Origin: Eledone cirrhosa
Taxonomy: Eukaryota
Length of the DNA: 64,000 nt
Reading direction: 5' to 3'
NCBI GenBank assembly: GCA_964016885.1
Contig: OZ024741.1
Span: 128,588,001 to 128,652,000 of the forward strand
Shown here: in pieces, positions 1 to 16,700 of the stretch
Layout of the letters: each line of letters opens with the position of its first letter
How positions within the stretch are numbered: position 1 is the stretch's first letter
The notes under the pieces: generated by a model
The model's database searches: none
Seen by the model: the letters and a program-made list of their open reading frames with translations, nothing else
What the model was told of the DNA's origin: nothing
Translations under genes and position numbers: made by a program

Positions 1-239
1 CAGCTCTTGATAGAAGAAATCAGCCACAGGCGTTGCACCTCAATTCCTGCTGGACTTTTGCAGACACTGCACTTAGGGCCCCCTTATGGAATGAACGCTT
101 CAAAGCATCATGGCCCACTCGTCTTTTCTTAAAGACATTACATTCGTACTTGCTGATCATTCTCTACTATGTACGGCATTCAGTTCTCCCTATCAATCTT
201 CAGAACTTTAAGATTCTCGGTTATGACATTCCTAAACCT

Positions 240-945
240 GTACCCACTCTGTTCTCCATCTACTTCGCCATGCTACTGGCATATGCCTTCCAAGACTTTG
301 TATCTTGTATACTTGTGATGTAGAACCACTGGCAAAGTCTTTAATCTAAGCACTCTTGTCAGGGAGTTCTTTATACTGATGATGCATATATTGTGACAAA
401 CACTGCAGAGGACATGCAGTTGATATTGAATAACTTATTCGATGCATGCACTGCGTGTGGGTTAAATATAAGCATAAAAAGACTGAGAGGAAAAAAGACT
501 TGAGATGGTGGGAAAGCTTTGTGTCGCTCAGAAGTATAGTTAGTAGAGGATGTTTGAAAATAAAATTACAGGATTGCGAAAGCGAGTCATGCCTTCTGGA
601 AGCCTAAGAAGCCTGTCTGATCAGATCGGAGTATCGTGCAAAAAAAACAAATCTCTGTGTATTAGGGCCTGTGTTCTTAAAGTCCTGCTACAACGGATGC
701 GAAAACGTGGATAACTTCTATCAGGCAACAAGGAAAAATATCAACGGCATTGTAGCCGACGCATCCTGAACATCAAGTGGTCCTCTTACCACACCTAAAG
801 GTGCTGTACTTGAGAAAAGCCGGGAGCACCAGTTTTGAGAGGAAAAGTATTATGAACCAAATGCGTTTGAGTGGGTCATGTGGGTCATAGTGGAAGGACG
901 GAAGGCTGCCTAAACTGTTATATTTAAGAGCTGGACCGGAGGAAA
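240..945 (+). mobile_element. Decayed RTE-clade LINE fragment (RT C-terminal half)
   Basis: Frameshifted translation gives PTLFSIYFAML, an ELLYADDA-like motif (gagttctttatactgatgatgca, ~364-387) and a WVGHV..EDGRLPKLLY-like motif (~870-922) typical of RTE ORFs. Confidence 0.7.
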
Positions 946-974
946 GAGCCACACCATATACCATAAACCAAAGC

Positions 975-1166
975 AAACATACATACATACATACATACAT
1001 ACATACATACATACATACATACATACATGCATGCATGCATGCATGCCATGGCATGCATACATACATGACATACATACATACCATACATACAATACATACA
1101 TGACATGCATGCATGCATGCAATGCATGCATGCATGCATACATGCATACATACATACATACATACA

Positions 1167-1195
<29 letters not shown>
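975..1195. repeat. (TACA)n/(CATG)n microsatellite
   Basis: Directly visible tetranucleotide runs. Confidence 0.95.
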
Positions 1196-1197
<2 letters not shown>

Positions 1198-1613
1198 TGT
1201 AGTTTGGGGACCACGCATTGAAAACGTGTTCTGTTGTGGAGATCAGCTGCCCACTTGATGTAAAACGTTGTCAGAAAAAATACAGGAGAAGGAGGACATC
1301 TACGGACCATTGATGAGGAGTTTACAAATCCAGTATCCAAGAGACACCTTTAGCTTCATACCCATCATTATTGGTGCTTACGGGTTATATACCAACCCGC
1401 TTGGACCAAAGTATGACTGAAACTTGGATTTGCGGACAAAAAGCGCAGCTCCCTAATTCATAGTCTACAAATGGCTGCGATAGCTGGCACCTTCAAAATT
1501 TGCAAAACATTCTTGCGATTCAAGGGATGACAATTTCTTTTCTTTTACAAACCTTGCCACCAGGAAGGTGGCCGGTCAAAAAAAATATACTCGAAATTAA
1601 GAGAAAGAGAAAA
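1196..1613 (+). mobile_element. 5'-truncated R4/Dong-like non-LTR retrotransposon 3' end (restriction-like endonuclease) in (TACA)n
   Basis: Frameshifted translation IVVW-DHALKTCSVVEISCPLDV..IQEKEDIYGPL..FIPIIIGA.G..ICKTFLRFKG* (TGA 1528-1530) aligns by eye with the RLE domain at 19105-19680. 3'UTR hairpin gccacc-aggaa-ggtggc. TACA repeats on both flanks. Confidence 0.75.
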
Positions 1614-1929
1614 CATACATACATACATAAGGAAAATTACAAGTATAATCCATTAATGGAACAGTAAAAATATGTAAAACATTTCAAAAAATGTTGCATC
1701 TAATAACTGCATATACACATGTACAGATGCAAAGCATATACACATGCACACATACAACTCAAAACATCCACACCCCACACATACAATAACATCCATATCT
1801 ACACATGCATACATACATATCTACCTAGTTGATGTTGTGTAAATTCCAATGAGAGAGTCTTGTGTCTATGTTAGAAACCGACTCTCTCTCTCTATTGGTA
1901 AAACTTTGTGAAATTATAAAAACCAGAAG

Positions 1930-2625
1930 AACATACATACGTACATACGTACATACGTACATACATACATACATACATACATACATACATACATACATAC
2001 ATACATACATACATAACATACAGATTCATGATCTAACATACATACATAACTTACATACATATATAACATACATACATACATACATACATTACATACATAC
2101 ATACATACATACATATATAACATACATACATACATACATACATACATAACATACAGATTCATTATCTAACATACATACATAACTTACATACATATATAAC
2201 ATACATACATAACATACATTCATACATATATATATACATACATACATACAATACATAACATACATGACATACATTCATACATATATACATACGTACATAA
2301 TATACATACATAACATACATGACATACATAATATACACACATACATAACATACATAATATATGTATAAACATACATACATACATAATATTACATATATAC
2401 ATATTGATGATCGTTGTTAACTGATTAAGATTCTATTAAATAATTTACTAACGTACAGTGTATGTGTGTGTATATATATATATAATCACATACATACATA
2501 CATAAACACACATACATGTATGTATGCATACATACATACATACATGTATGTATGTATGTATGTATGTATGTATGTATGTATGTATGTATGTATGTATGTA
2601 TGTATGTATGTATGTATGTATGTAT
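1930..2625. repeat. (TACA)n and (TATG)n microsatellite blocks
   Basis: Directly visible. Confidence 0.95.
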
Positions 2626-3060
2626 GTGGCCATCCAAAATCACTGGGAGAGATGACCCCCTTAGCCTTTGTCAAGGCAGAATTCTAGGAGAAGGAAAACT
2701 CTGATATAACACCTGCAACCCTGATGGTATCCAATGATGTTGACTTGTCCCCTTCTTTTTGGTAAATATCATCTTGGTTAAGAGAGTGGGGACTGGCTTT
2801 GTGGCAGTGCCTTTGCTCACTATAAAAAGCTTCACGGCACAGGCATTGCTTTGTATCTGGAGATCTCTCTGCACTTGTCGTCACATGGCACCAAAGGCAA
2901 AGCACTATGTGTCAATAATTGTCACAAGTGTAGTGTTTGTACCAGAGTTTTCAAGTCGCTGGCTGGACTAAAAAGTCACACTCGTTCAGCGCATCGGTAG
3001 GGGTTCTCCTACATGGATATAAAGTAGTGGCCGTACTCGAAAACGAGTTGGCAGCCACCA
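2626..3060 (+). mobile_element. Short non-autonomous RTE derivative (5'UTR joined to 3' end) in (TATG)n
   Basis: RTE 5'UTR-like motif ctaggagaaggaaaactctga (~2684-2704). C2H2 finger CSVCTRVFKSLAGLKSHTRSAHR* (2929-3000). Terminal stem-loop gtggc..ctcg-aaaa-cgag..gccac, then a (TATG)n tail. Confidence 0.65.
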
Positions 3061-3165
3061 TGTATGTATGCATGTATGCATGCATGTATGTATGTATGTA
3101 TGTATGTATGTATGTATGTATGTATGTATGTATGTATGTATGTATGTATGTATGTATGTATGTAT

Positions 3166-3204
<39 letters not shown>

Positions 3205-3528
3205 TTAAATATCGACTTTCCCGTCAGTGCAAGAGCTTCCCAGTAACTCTTTAACTCTCTTTGCTGTTGATATTGATAATATAGAAATATCTATAGAAAC
3301 CAAAACAGCAAAATGGAAAAAAAAATCAAACGGAAATATAAATAGCAAACACCGACTTTAGAAAATATGATGAAGTGTTTTAAACGGAATTCCCTACTTC
3401 GATATCTAAGGAAAACTTAAATATTGATTTTTTTCTGGGATGAAATATGTATAGTGAAATGTGTATAGGAAAAAGTGGGCATACATATGATCATATGTGT
3501 ATATATGCAAGAATAATTGTGTGTGTGT

Positions 3529-3572
<44 letters not shown>

Positions 3573-3804
3573 CAGAGACCATGATGTACCTATATATACA
3601 TATATATAATCAAGAACTCACCCGTCGAGCTCTGGACTCTCTACTATTCTTACACTCTACTATCCCAAGTATCGAATACTCTACTGAATAATGGTCTTAC
3701 TAGCTGAAAACTGATATCTCCTCTCCTCGAGAGAGGGAGAGAGAGAGAGAGAGAGAGAGGAGAGAGGAGATACACACATACATAAATACAGAGAGAATGT
3801 TATA

Positions 3805-3892
<88 letters not shown>

Positions 3893-3939
3893 GGTGATGA
3901 TGCTGATGATAATAATATATATACACCCCCGTCTCCTCT

Positions 3940-4190
3940 CGAGATCTGAATACATCAGATTTTCTTCCATAGAGTGAGTTGTGTTTTAATTTCGAATTTC
4001 TTGGGAAGGTACTTGCAAGATCAAGACCTTACATCAATAGTACCAAGAGATGTCCGTTTTCTGTCTTAGTGAGAAATTTAGAATATACAAGATTTTGTCG
4101 TCTCCGAACAATAATTATTTGAACTCAAAGAACGACATTTTTTAGAGGATTCGCCCCACCTCACAAACCAAATTCTTGCTAAATGGAAAT
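3940..4190 (+). mobile_element. Decayed Penelope-like element, C-terminal part of GIY-YIG region
   Basis: Frameshifted translation KVLARSRPYINSTKRCPF-CLSEKFRI..NNYLNSKNDIFRG..KFLL resembles the PY...RC.LCL.EK...LN....C.H..KFLL tail of PLE ORFs. Confidence 0.55.
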
Positions 4191-4557
4191 ACACAACAAA
4201 TTCAACTGAGTTTCAACCGCTTTAAATTTGATTTATATACTTTCTTGAAATCTTTTTCTTTTTCCTCTTTCCACACTTACATAATGCAATACACCTTCTA
4301 TACTACTCTATTCTATACGTTAATAAAATTAACATCTCTATGTTACATTCCACTACATAAATACAATACTTTTGCCATTGAGCACGAATATTAACACGTC
4401 TACAACTACTTTGCTACTTCAAATTTACATCTTTCATTTATTTCCCTTTGTTATTTCCCCTTTATTATAATACGTTTTTTCGAATCTAGCGTTTTACTTT
4501 TAACGGTATCTTCAAAAACTCGTCTAAGGGCATGAAAGTCAGGTCACAATTTTGATC

Positions 4558-4757
4558 NNNNNNNNNNNNNNNNNNNNNNNNNNNNNNNNNNNNNNNNNNN
4601 NNNNNNNNNNNNNNNNNNNNNNNNNNNNNNNNNNNNNNNNNNNNNNNNNNNNNNNNNNNNNNNNNNNNNNNNNNNNNNNNNNNNNNNNNNNNNNNNNNNN
4701 NNNNNNNNNNNNNNNNNNNNNNNNNNNNNNNNNNNNNNNNNNNNNNNNNNNNNNNNN
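4558..4757. other. Assembly gap (200 N)
   Basis: Run of N. Confidence 1.
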
Positions 4758-7700
4758 CTGTATATATGTACATGTACTGTATATATGTACATGTACTGTA
4801 TATATGTACATGTACTGTATATATGTACATATGTACTGTATATATGTACATGTACTGTATATATGTACATGTACTGTATATATGTACATATGTACTGTAT
4901 ATATGTACATGTACTGTATATATGTACATGTACTGTATATATGTACATGTACTGTATATATGTACATATGTACTGTATATACAGTACATGTACTGTATAT
5001 ATGTACATGTACTGTATATATGTACATGTACTGTATATATGTACACATGTACTGTATATATGTACATGTACTGTATATATGTACATGTACTGTATATATG
5101 TATATGTACTGTATATATGTACATGTACTGTATATATGTACATGTACTGTATATATGTACATATGTACTGTATATATGTACATGTACTGTATATATGTAC
5201 ATGTACTGTATATATGTACATGTGTACAGTATATATGTACATGTACTGTATATATGTACATGTACTGTATATATGTACACATGTACTGTATATATGTACA
5301 TGTACTGTATATATGTACATGTACTATATATATGTACATGTACTGTATATATGTACATGTACTGTATATATGTACATGTACTGTATATATGTACATATGT
5401 ACTGTATATATGTATATGTACTGTATATATGTACATGTACTGTATATATGTACATATGTACTGTATATATGTATATGTACTGTATATATGTACATGTACT
5501 GTATATATGTACATGTACTGTATATATGTACATGTACTGTATATATGTACATGTACTGTATATATGTACATGTACTGTATATATGTACATATATACTGTA
5601 TATATGTACATGTACTGTATATATGTACATATGTACTGTATATATGTACATGTACTGTATATATGTACATGTACTGTATATATGTACATGTACTGTATAT
5701 ATGTACACATGTACTGTATATATGTACATGTACTGTATATATGTACATGTACTGTATATATGTACACATGTACTGTATATATGTATATTATGTACTGTAT
5801 ATATGTACATGTACTGTATATATGTACATGTACTGTATATATGTACATTTACTGTATATATGTACATGTACTGTATATATGTACATATATACTGTATATA
5901 TGTACATGTACTGTATATATGTACATATGTACTGTATATATGTACATGTACTGTATATATGTACATGTACTGTATATATGTACATGTACTGTATATATGT
6001 ACATGTACTGTCTATATGTACATGTAGTGTATATATGTACATGTACTGTATATATGTACATGTACTGTATATATGTACACATGTACAGTATATATGTACA
6101 TGTACTGTATATATGTACATGTACTGTATATATGTACACATGTACTGTATATATGTACATGTACTGTATATATGTACATGTACTGTATATATGTATATGT
6201 ACTGTATATATGTACATATGTACTGTATATATGTACATGTACTGTATATATGTACATGTACTGTATATATGTACATGTACTGTATATATGTACATGTACT
6301 GTATATATGTATATGTACTGTATATATGTACACATGTACTGTATATATGTACATGTACTGTATATATGTATATGTACTGTATATATGTACATGTGTACTG
6401 TATATATGTACATGTACTGTATATATGTTATGTACATGTACTGTATATAGGTATATGTACTGTATATATGTACATGTACAGTATATATGTACATGTACTG
6501 TATATATGTACATGTACTGTATATATGTACATGTACTGTATATATGTACATGTACTGTATGTATGTACATATGTACTGTATATATGTACATGTACTGTAT
6601 ATATGTACATGTACAGTATATATGTATATGTGTACTGTATATATGTACATGTACTGTATATATGTACATGTACTGTATATATGTGCATGTACTGTATATA
6701 TGTACATGTACTGTATATATGTACATGTACTGTATATATGTATATGTACTGTTTATATGTACATGTACTGTATATATGTACATGTACAGTATATATGTAC
6801 ATGTACTGTATATATGTACATGTACTGTATATATGTACATGTACTGTATATATGTACATGTACTGTATATGTGTACATGTACTGTATATATGTACATGTA
6901 CTGTATATATGTACATGTACTGTATATATGTACATGTACTGTATATATACACATGTACTGTATATGTACATGTACTGTTTATATGTACATGTACTGTATA
7001 TATGTATATGTACTGTATATATGTACATTTACTGTATATATGTACATGTACTGTATATATGTATATGTACTGTATATATGTACATGTACTGTATATATGT
7101 ACATGTACTGTATATATGTATATGTACTGTATATATGTACATGTACTGTATATATGTATATATGTACTGTATATATGTATATGTACTGTATATATGTACA
7201 TGTACTGTATATATGTACATGTACTGTATATATGTATATGTACTGTATATATGTACATGTACTGTATATATGTATATATGTACTGTATATATGTATATGT
7301 ACTGTATATATGTACATGTACTGTATATATGTACATGTACTGTATATATGTACACATGTACTGTATATATGTACATGTACTGTATATATGTACATGTACT
7401 GTATATATGTACATGTGTACAGTATATATGTACATGTACTGTATATATGTACATGTACTGTATATATGTACACATGTACTGTATATATGTACATGTACTG
7501 TATATATGTACACATGTACTGTATATATGTACATGTACTGTATATATGTATATGTACTGTATATATGTATATATGTACTGTATATATGTACATGTACTGT
7601 ATATATGTACATGTACTGTATATATGTACATGTACTGTATATATGTACATGTACTGTATATATTTACATGTACTGTATATATGTACATGTACAGTATATA

Positions 7701-10700
7701 TGTACACATGTACAGTATATATGTACATGTACTGTTTATATGTACATGTACTGTATATATGTACATATGTACAGTATATATGTACACATGTACTGTATGT
7801 ATGTACATGTACTGTATATGTGTACATATGTACAGTATATATGTACACATGTACTGTATATATGTATATGTACTGTATATATGTACATATGTACTGTATA
7901 TATGTACATATGTACTGTATATATGTACATGTACTGTATATATGTACGCATGTACTGTATATATGTACATGTACTGTATATATGTACACATGTACTGTAT
8001 ATATGTACATGTACTGTATATATGTACATGTACTGTATATATGTACATGTGTACAGTATATATGTACATGTACTGTATATATGTACATGTACTGTATATA
8101 TGTACATGTACTGTATATATGTACACATGTACTGTATATATGTACATGTACTGTATATATGTACACATGTACTGTATATATGTACACATGTACTGTATAT
8201 ATGTACATGTACTGTATATATGCATATGTACTGTATATATGTACATGTACTGTATATATGTACATGTACTGTATATATGTACATGTACTGTATATATGTA
8301 CATATGTACTGTATATATGTACATGTACTGTATATATGTACATGTACTGTATATATGTACATATGTACTGTATATATGTACATGTACTGTATATATGTAC
8401 ATATGTACTGTATATATGTACATGTACTGTATATATGTACATGTACTGTATATATGTACATGTACTGTATATATGTACATATGTACTGTATATATGTACA
8501 TGTACTGTATATATGTACATGTACTGTATATATGTACATGTACTGTATATATGTACATGTACTGTATATATGTACATATGTACTGTATATATGTACATGT
8601 ACTGTATATATGTACATATGTACTGTATATATGTACATGTACTGTATATATGTACATATGTACTGTATATATGTACATGTACTGTATATATGTACATGTA
8701 CTGTATATATGTACATGTACTGTATATATGTACATATGTACTGTATATATGTACATGTACCGTATATATGTACATGTACTGTATATATGTACATGTACTG
8801 TATATATGTACATGTACTGTATATATGTACATGTACTGTATATATGTACATGTACTGTATATATGTACATGTACTGTATATATGTACATGTACTGTATAT
8901 ATGTACATGTACAGTATATATGTACATGTACTGTATATATGTACATGTACTGTATATATGTACATATGTACTGTATATACAGTACATGTACTGTATATAT
9001 GTACATGTACTGTATATATGTACTTGTACTGTATATATGTACACATGTACTGTATATATGTACATGTACTGTATATATGTACATGTACTGTATATATGTA
9101 TATGTACTGTATATATGTACATGTACTGTATATATGTACATGTACTGTATATATGTACATATGTACTGTATATATGTACATGTACTGTATATATGTACAC
9201 ATGTACTGTATATATGTACATGTACTGTATATATGTACATGTACTGTATATATGTACATGTGTACAGTATATATGTACATGTACTGTATATATGTACATG
9301 TACTGTATATATGTACACATGTACTGTATATATGTACATGTACTGTATATATGTACATGTACTATATATATGTACATGTACTGTATATATGTACATGTAC
9401 TGTATATATGTACATGTACTGTATATATGTACATGTACTGTATATATGTACATATATACTGTATATATGTACATGTACTGTATATATGTACATATGTACT
9501 GTATATATGTACATGTACTGTATATATGTACATGTACTGTATATATGTACATGTACTGTATATATGTACACATGTACTGTATATATGTACATGTACTGTA
9601 TATATGTACATGTACTGTATATATGTACACATGTACTGTATATATGTATATATGTACTGTATATATGTACATGTACTGTATATATATGTACATGTACTGT
9701 ATATATGTACATTTACTGTATATATGTACATGTACTGTATATATGTACATTTACTGTATATATGTACATGTACTGTATATATGTACATATGTACTGTATA
9801 TATGTACATGTACTGTATATATGTACATGTACTGTATATATGTACATGTACTGTATATATGTACATGTACTGTCTATATGTACATGTACTGTATATATGT
9901 ACATGTACTGTATATATGTACATGTACTGTATATATGTACATGTACAGTATATATGTACATGTACTGTATATATGTACACATGTACTGTATATATGTACA
10001 CATGTACTGTATATATGTACATGTACTGTATATATGTACATGTACTGTATATATGTATATGTACTGTATATATGTACATATGTACTGTATATATGTACAT
10101 GTACTGTATATATGTACATATGTACTGTATATATGTACATGTACTGTATATATGTACATGTACTGTATATATGTATATGTACTGTATATATGTACACATG
10201 TACTGTATATATGTACATGTACTGTATATATGTACATGTACTGTATATATGTACATGTACTGTATATATGTACATGTACTGTATATATGTACATGTACTG
10301 TATATATGTACATATGTACTGTATATACAGTACATGTACTGTATATATGTACAATGTACTGTATATATGTACATGTACTGTATATATGTACATATGTACT
10401 GTATCATATGTACATGTACTGTATATATGTACACATGTACTGTATATATGTACATGTACTGTATATATGTACATGTACTGTATATATGTATATGTACTGT
10501 ATATATGTACACATGTACTGTATATATGTACATGTACTGTATATATGTACATGTACTGTATATATGTACATGTACTGTATATATGTACATGTACTGTATA
10601 TATGTACATGTACTGTATATATGTACACATGTACTGTATATATGTACATGTACTGTATATATGTACATGTACTGTATATATGTATATGTACTGTATATAT

Positions 10701-13700
10701 GTACATGTACTGTATATATGTACATGTACTGTATATATGTACATATGTACTGTATATATGTACATGTACTGTATATATGTACATGTACTGTATATATGTA
10801 CATATGTACTGTATATATGTACATGTACTGTATATATGTACATATGTACTGTATATATGTACATGTACTGTATATATGTACATGTACTGTATATATGTAC
10901 ATGTACTGTATATATGTACATATGTACTGTATATATGTACATGTACTGTATATATGTACATGTACTGTATATATGTACATGTACTGTATATATGTACATG
11001 TACTGTATATATGTACATATGTACTGTATATATGTACATGTACTGTATATATGTACATATGTACTGTATATATGTACATGTACTGTATATATGTACATAT
11101 GTACTGTATATATGTACATGTACTGTATATATGTACATGTACTGTATATATGTACATGTACTGTATATATGTACATATGTACTGTATATATGTACATGTA
11201 CTGTATATATGTACATGTACTGTATATATGTACATGTACTGTATATATGTACATGTACTGTATATATGTACATGTACTGTATATATGTACATGTACTGTA
11301 TATATGTACATGTACTGTATATATGTACATATGTACTGTATATACAGTACATGTACTGTATATATGTACATGTACTGTATATATGTACTTGTACTGTATA
11401 TATGTACACATGTACTGTATATATGTACATGTACTGTATATATGTACATGTACTGTATATATGTATATGTACTGTATATATGTACATGTACTGTATATAT
11501 GTACATGTACTGTATATATGTACATATGTACTGTATATATGTACATGTACTGTATATATGTACATGTACTGTATATATGTACATGTGTACAGTATATATG
11601 TACATGTACTGTATATATGTACATGTACTGTATATATGTACACATGTACTGTATATATGTACATGTACTGTATATATGTACATGTACTATATATATGTAC
11701 ATGTACTGTATATATGTACATGTACTGTATATATGTACATGTACTGTATATATGTACATGTACTGTATATATGTACATATATACTGTATATATGTACATG
11801 TACTGTATATATGTACATGTACTGTATATATGTACATGTACTGTATATATGTACATGTACAGTATATATGTACATGTACTGTATATATGTACATGTACTG
11901 TATATATGTACATGTACTGTATATATGTACATGTACTGTATATATGTACACATGTACTGTATATATGTACATGTACTGTATATATGTACATGTACTGTAT
12001 ATATGTACACATGTACTGTATATATGTATATATGTACTGTATATATGTACATGTACTGTATATATGTACATGTACTGTATATATGTACATTTACTGTATA
12101 TATGTACATGTACTGTATATATGTACATTTACTGTATATATGTACATGTACTGTATATATGTACATATGTACTGTATATATGTACATGTACTGTATATAT
12201 GTACATGTACTGTATATATGTACATGTACTGTATATATGTACATATGTACTGTATATATGTACATGTACTGTATATATGTACATGTACAGTATATATGTA
12301 CATGTACTGTATATATGTACATGTACTGTCTATATGTACATGTACTGTATATATGTACATGTACTGTATATATGTACATGTACTGTATATATGTACATGT
12401 ACAGTATATATGTACATGTACTGTATATATGTACACATGTACTGTATATATGTACACATGTACTGTATATATGTACATGTACTGTATATATGTACATGTA
12501 CTGTATATATGTATATGTACTGTATATATGTACATATGTACTGTATATATGTACATGTACTGTATATATGTACATATGTACTGTATATATGTACATGTAC
12601 TGTATATATGTACATGTACTGTATATATGTATATGTACTGTATATATGTACACATGTACTGTATATATGTACATGTACTGTATATATGTACATGTACTGT
12701 ATATATGTACATGTACTGTATATATGTACATGTACTGTATATATGTACATGTACTGTATATATGTACATATGTACTGTATATACAGTACATGTACTGTAT
12801 ATATGTACATGTACTGTATATATGTACATGTACTGTATATATGTACACATGTACTGTATATATGTACATGTACTGTATATATGTACATGTACTGTATATA
12901 TGTATATGTACTGTATATATGTACATGTACTGTATATATGTACATGTACTGTATATATGTACATATGTACTGTATATATGTACATGTACTGTATATATGT
13001 ACATGTACTGTATATATGTACATGTGTACAGTATATATGTACATGTACTGTATATATGTACATGTACTGTATATATGTACACATGTACTGTATATATGTA
13101 CATGTACTGTATATATGTACATGTACTATATATATGTACATGTACTGTATATATGTACATGTACTGTATATATGTACATGTACTGTATATATGTACATGT
13201 ACTGTATATATGTACATATATACTGTAAATATGTACATGTACTGTATATATGTACATATGTACTGTATATATGTACATGTACTGTATATATGTACATGTA
13301 CTGTATATATGTACACATGTACTGTATATATGTACATGTACTGTATATATGTACATGTACTGTATATATGTACACATGTACTGTATATATGTATATATGT
13401 ACTGTATATATGTACATGTACTGTATATATGTACATGTACTGTATATATGTACATTTACTGTATATATGTACATGTACTGTATATATGTACATATATACT
13501 GTATATATGTACATGTACTGTATATATGTACATGTACTGTATATATGTACATGTACTGTATATATGTACATGTACTGTATATATGTACATGTACTGTATA
13601 TATGTACATATGTACTGTATATATGTACATGTACTGTATATATGTACATGTACTGTATATATGTACATATGTACTGTATATATGTACATGTACTGTATAT

Positions 13701-16700
13701 ATGTACATGTACTGTATATATGTACACATGTACTGTATATATGTACATGTACTGTATATATGTACATGTACTGTATATATGTACACATGTACTGTATATA
13801 TGTATATATGTACTGTATATATGTACATGTACTGTATATATGTACATGTACTGTATATATGTACATTTACTGTATATATGTACATGTACTGTATATATGT
13901 ACATATATACTGTATATATGTACATGTACTGTATATATGTACACATGTACTGTATATATGTACATGTACTGTATATATGTACATGTACTGTATATATGTA
14001 CATGTACTGTATATATGTACATGTACTGTATATATGTACACATGTACTGTATATATGTACATGTACTGTATATATGTACATGTACTGTATATATGTACAT
14101 ATGTACTGTATATATGTACATGTACTGTATATATGTACATGTACTGTATATATGTACATGTACTGTATATATGTACATGTACTGTCTATATGTACATGTA
14201 GTGTATATATGTACATGTACTGTATATATGTACATGTACTGTATATATGTACACATGTACAGTATATATGTACATGTACTGTATATATGTACATGTACTG
14301 TATATATGTACACATGTACTGTATATATGTACATGTACTGTATATATGTACATGTACTGTATATATGTATATGTACTGTATATATGTACATATGTACTGT
14401 ATATATGTACATGTACTGTATATATGTACATGTACTGTATATATGTACATGTACTGTATATATGTACATGTACTGTATATATGTATATGTACTGTATATA
14501 TGTACACATGTACTGTATATATGTACATGTACTGTATATATGTACATGTACTGTATATATGTACATGTACTGTATATATGTACATGTACTGTATATATGT
14601 ACATGTACTGTATATATGTACATATGTACTGTATATATGTACATGTACTGTATATATGTACATGTACTGTATATATGTACATGTACTGTATATATGTACA
14701 CATGTACTGTATATATGTACATGTACTGTATATATGTACATGTACTGTATATATGTACATGTACTGTATATATGTACATGTACTGTATATATGTACATGT
14801 ACTGTATATATGTACATGTACTGTATATATGTACATGTACTGTATATATGTATATGTACTGTATATATGTACATGTACTGTATATATGTACATGTACTGT
14901 ATATATGTACATATACTGTATATATGTACATGTACTGTATATATGTACATATGTACTGTATATATGTACATGTACTGTATATATGTATATGTACTGTATA
15001 TATGTACATGTACTGTATATATGTACATGTACTGTATATATGTACATATACTGTATATATGTACATGTACTGTATATATGTACATGTACTGTATATATGT
15101 ACATGTACTGTATATATGTATATATGTACTGTATATATGTACATGTACTGTATATATGTACATGTACTGTATATATGTACATGTACTGTATATATGTACA
15201 TGTACTGTATATATGTACATGTACTGTATATATGTATATGTACTGTATATATGTACATGTACTGTATATATGTACATGTACTGTATATATGTACATGTAC
15301 TGTATATATGTACATGTACTGTATATATGTACATGTACTGTATATATGTATATGTACTGTATATATGTACATGTACTGTATATATGTACATGTACTGTAT
15401 ATATGTATATGTACTGTATATATGTACATGTACTGTATATATGTACATGTACTGTATATATGTATATGTACTGTATATATGTACATGTACTGTATATATG
15501 TACATGTACTGTATATATGTACATGTACTGTATATATGTACATGTACTGTATATATGTATATGTACTGTATATATGTACATATGTACTGTATATATGTAC
15601 ATGTACTGTATATATGTACATGTACTGTATATATGTACATGTACTGTATATATGTACATATATACAGTATATATGTACATGTACTGTATATATGTACATA
15701 TATACAGTATATATGTACATGTGTACTGTATATATGTATAAATGTACTGTATATATGTACATGTACTGTATATATGTACATATGTACTGTATATATGTAC
15801 ATGTACTGTATATATGTACATGAACTGTATATATGTATATGTACTGTATATATGTACATGTACTGTATATATGTACATGTACTGTATATATGTACACATG
15901 TACTGTATATATGTACATGTACTGTATATATGTACATGTACTGTATATATGTACATGTACTGTATATATGTACATGTACTGTATATATGTATGTGTACTG
16001 TATATATGTACATGTACTGTATATATGTACATGTACTGTATATATGTACATGTACTGTATATATGTACATATGTACTGTATATATGTATATATGTACTGT
16101 ATATATGTACATGTACTGTATATATGTACATGTACTGTATATATGTACATGTACTGTATATATGTACATGTACTGTATATATGTACATGTACTGTATATA
16201 TGTACATGTACTGTACATATGTACACATGTACTGTATATATGTACATGTACTGTATATATGTACATGTACTGTATATATGTATATGTACTGTATATATGT
16301 ACACATGTACTGTATATATGTATATGTACTGTATATATGTACATGTACTGTATATATGTACATGTACTGTATATATGTACATGTACTGTATATATGTACA
16401 TGTACTGTATATATGTACATGTACTGTATATATGTACATATGTACTGTATATATGTATATATGTACTGTATATATGTACATGTACTGTATATATGTACAT
16501 GTACTGTATATATGTACATGTACTGTATATATGTACATGTACTGTATATATGTACATGTACTGTATATATGTACACATGTACTGTATATATGTACATGTA
16601 CTGTATATATGTACATGTACTGTATATATGTACATGTACTGTATATATGTACATGTACTGTATATATGTACACATGTACTGTATATATGTATATGTACTG

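Noticed and set aside
1820-1930. Dispersed repeat shared with ~55983-56090 as a possible hammerhead (caatga..gaaaccg)
   Set aside because: The similarity between copies is real, but the CUGANGA core is absent in both.
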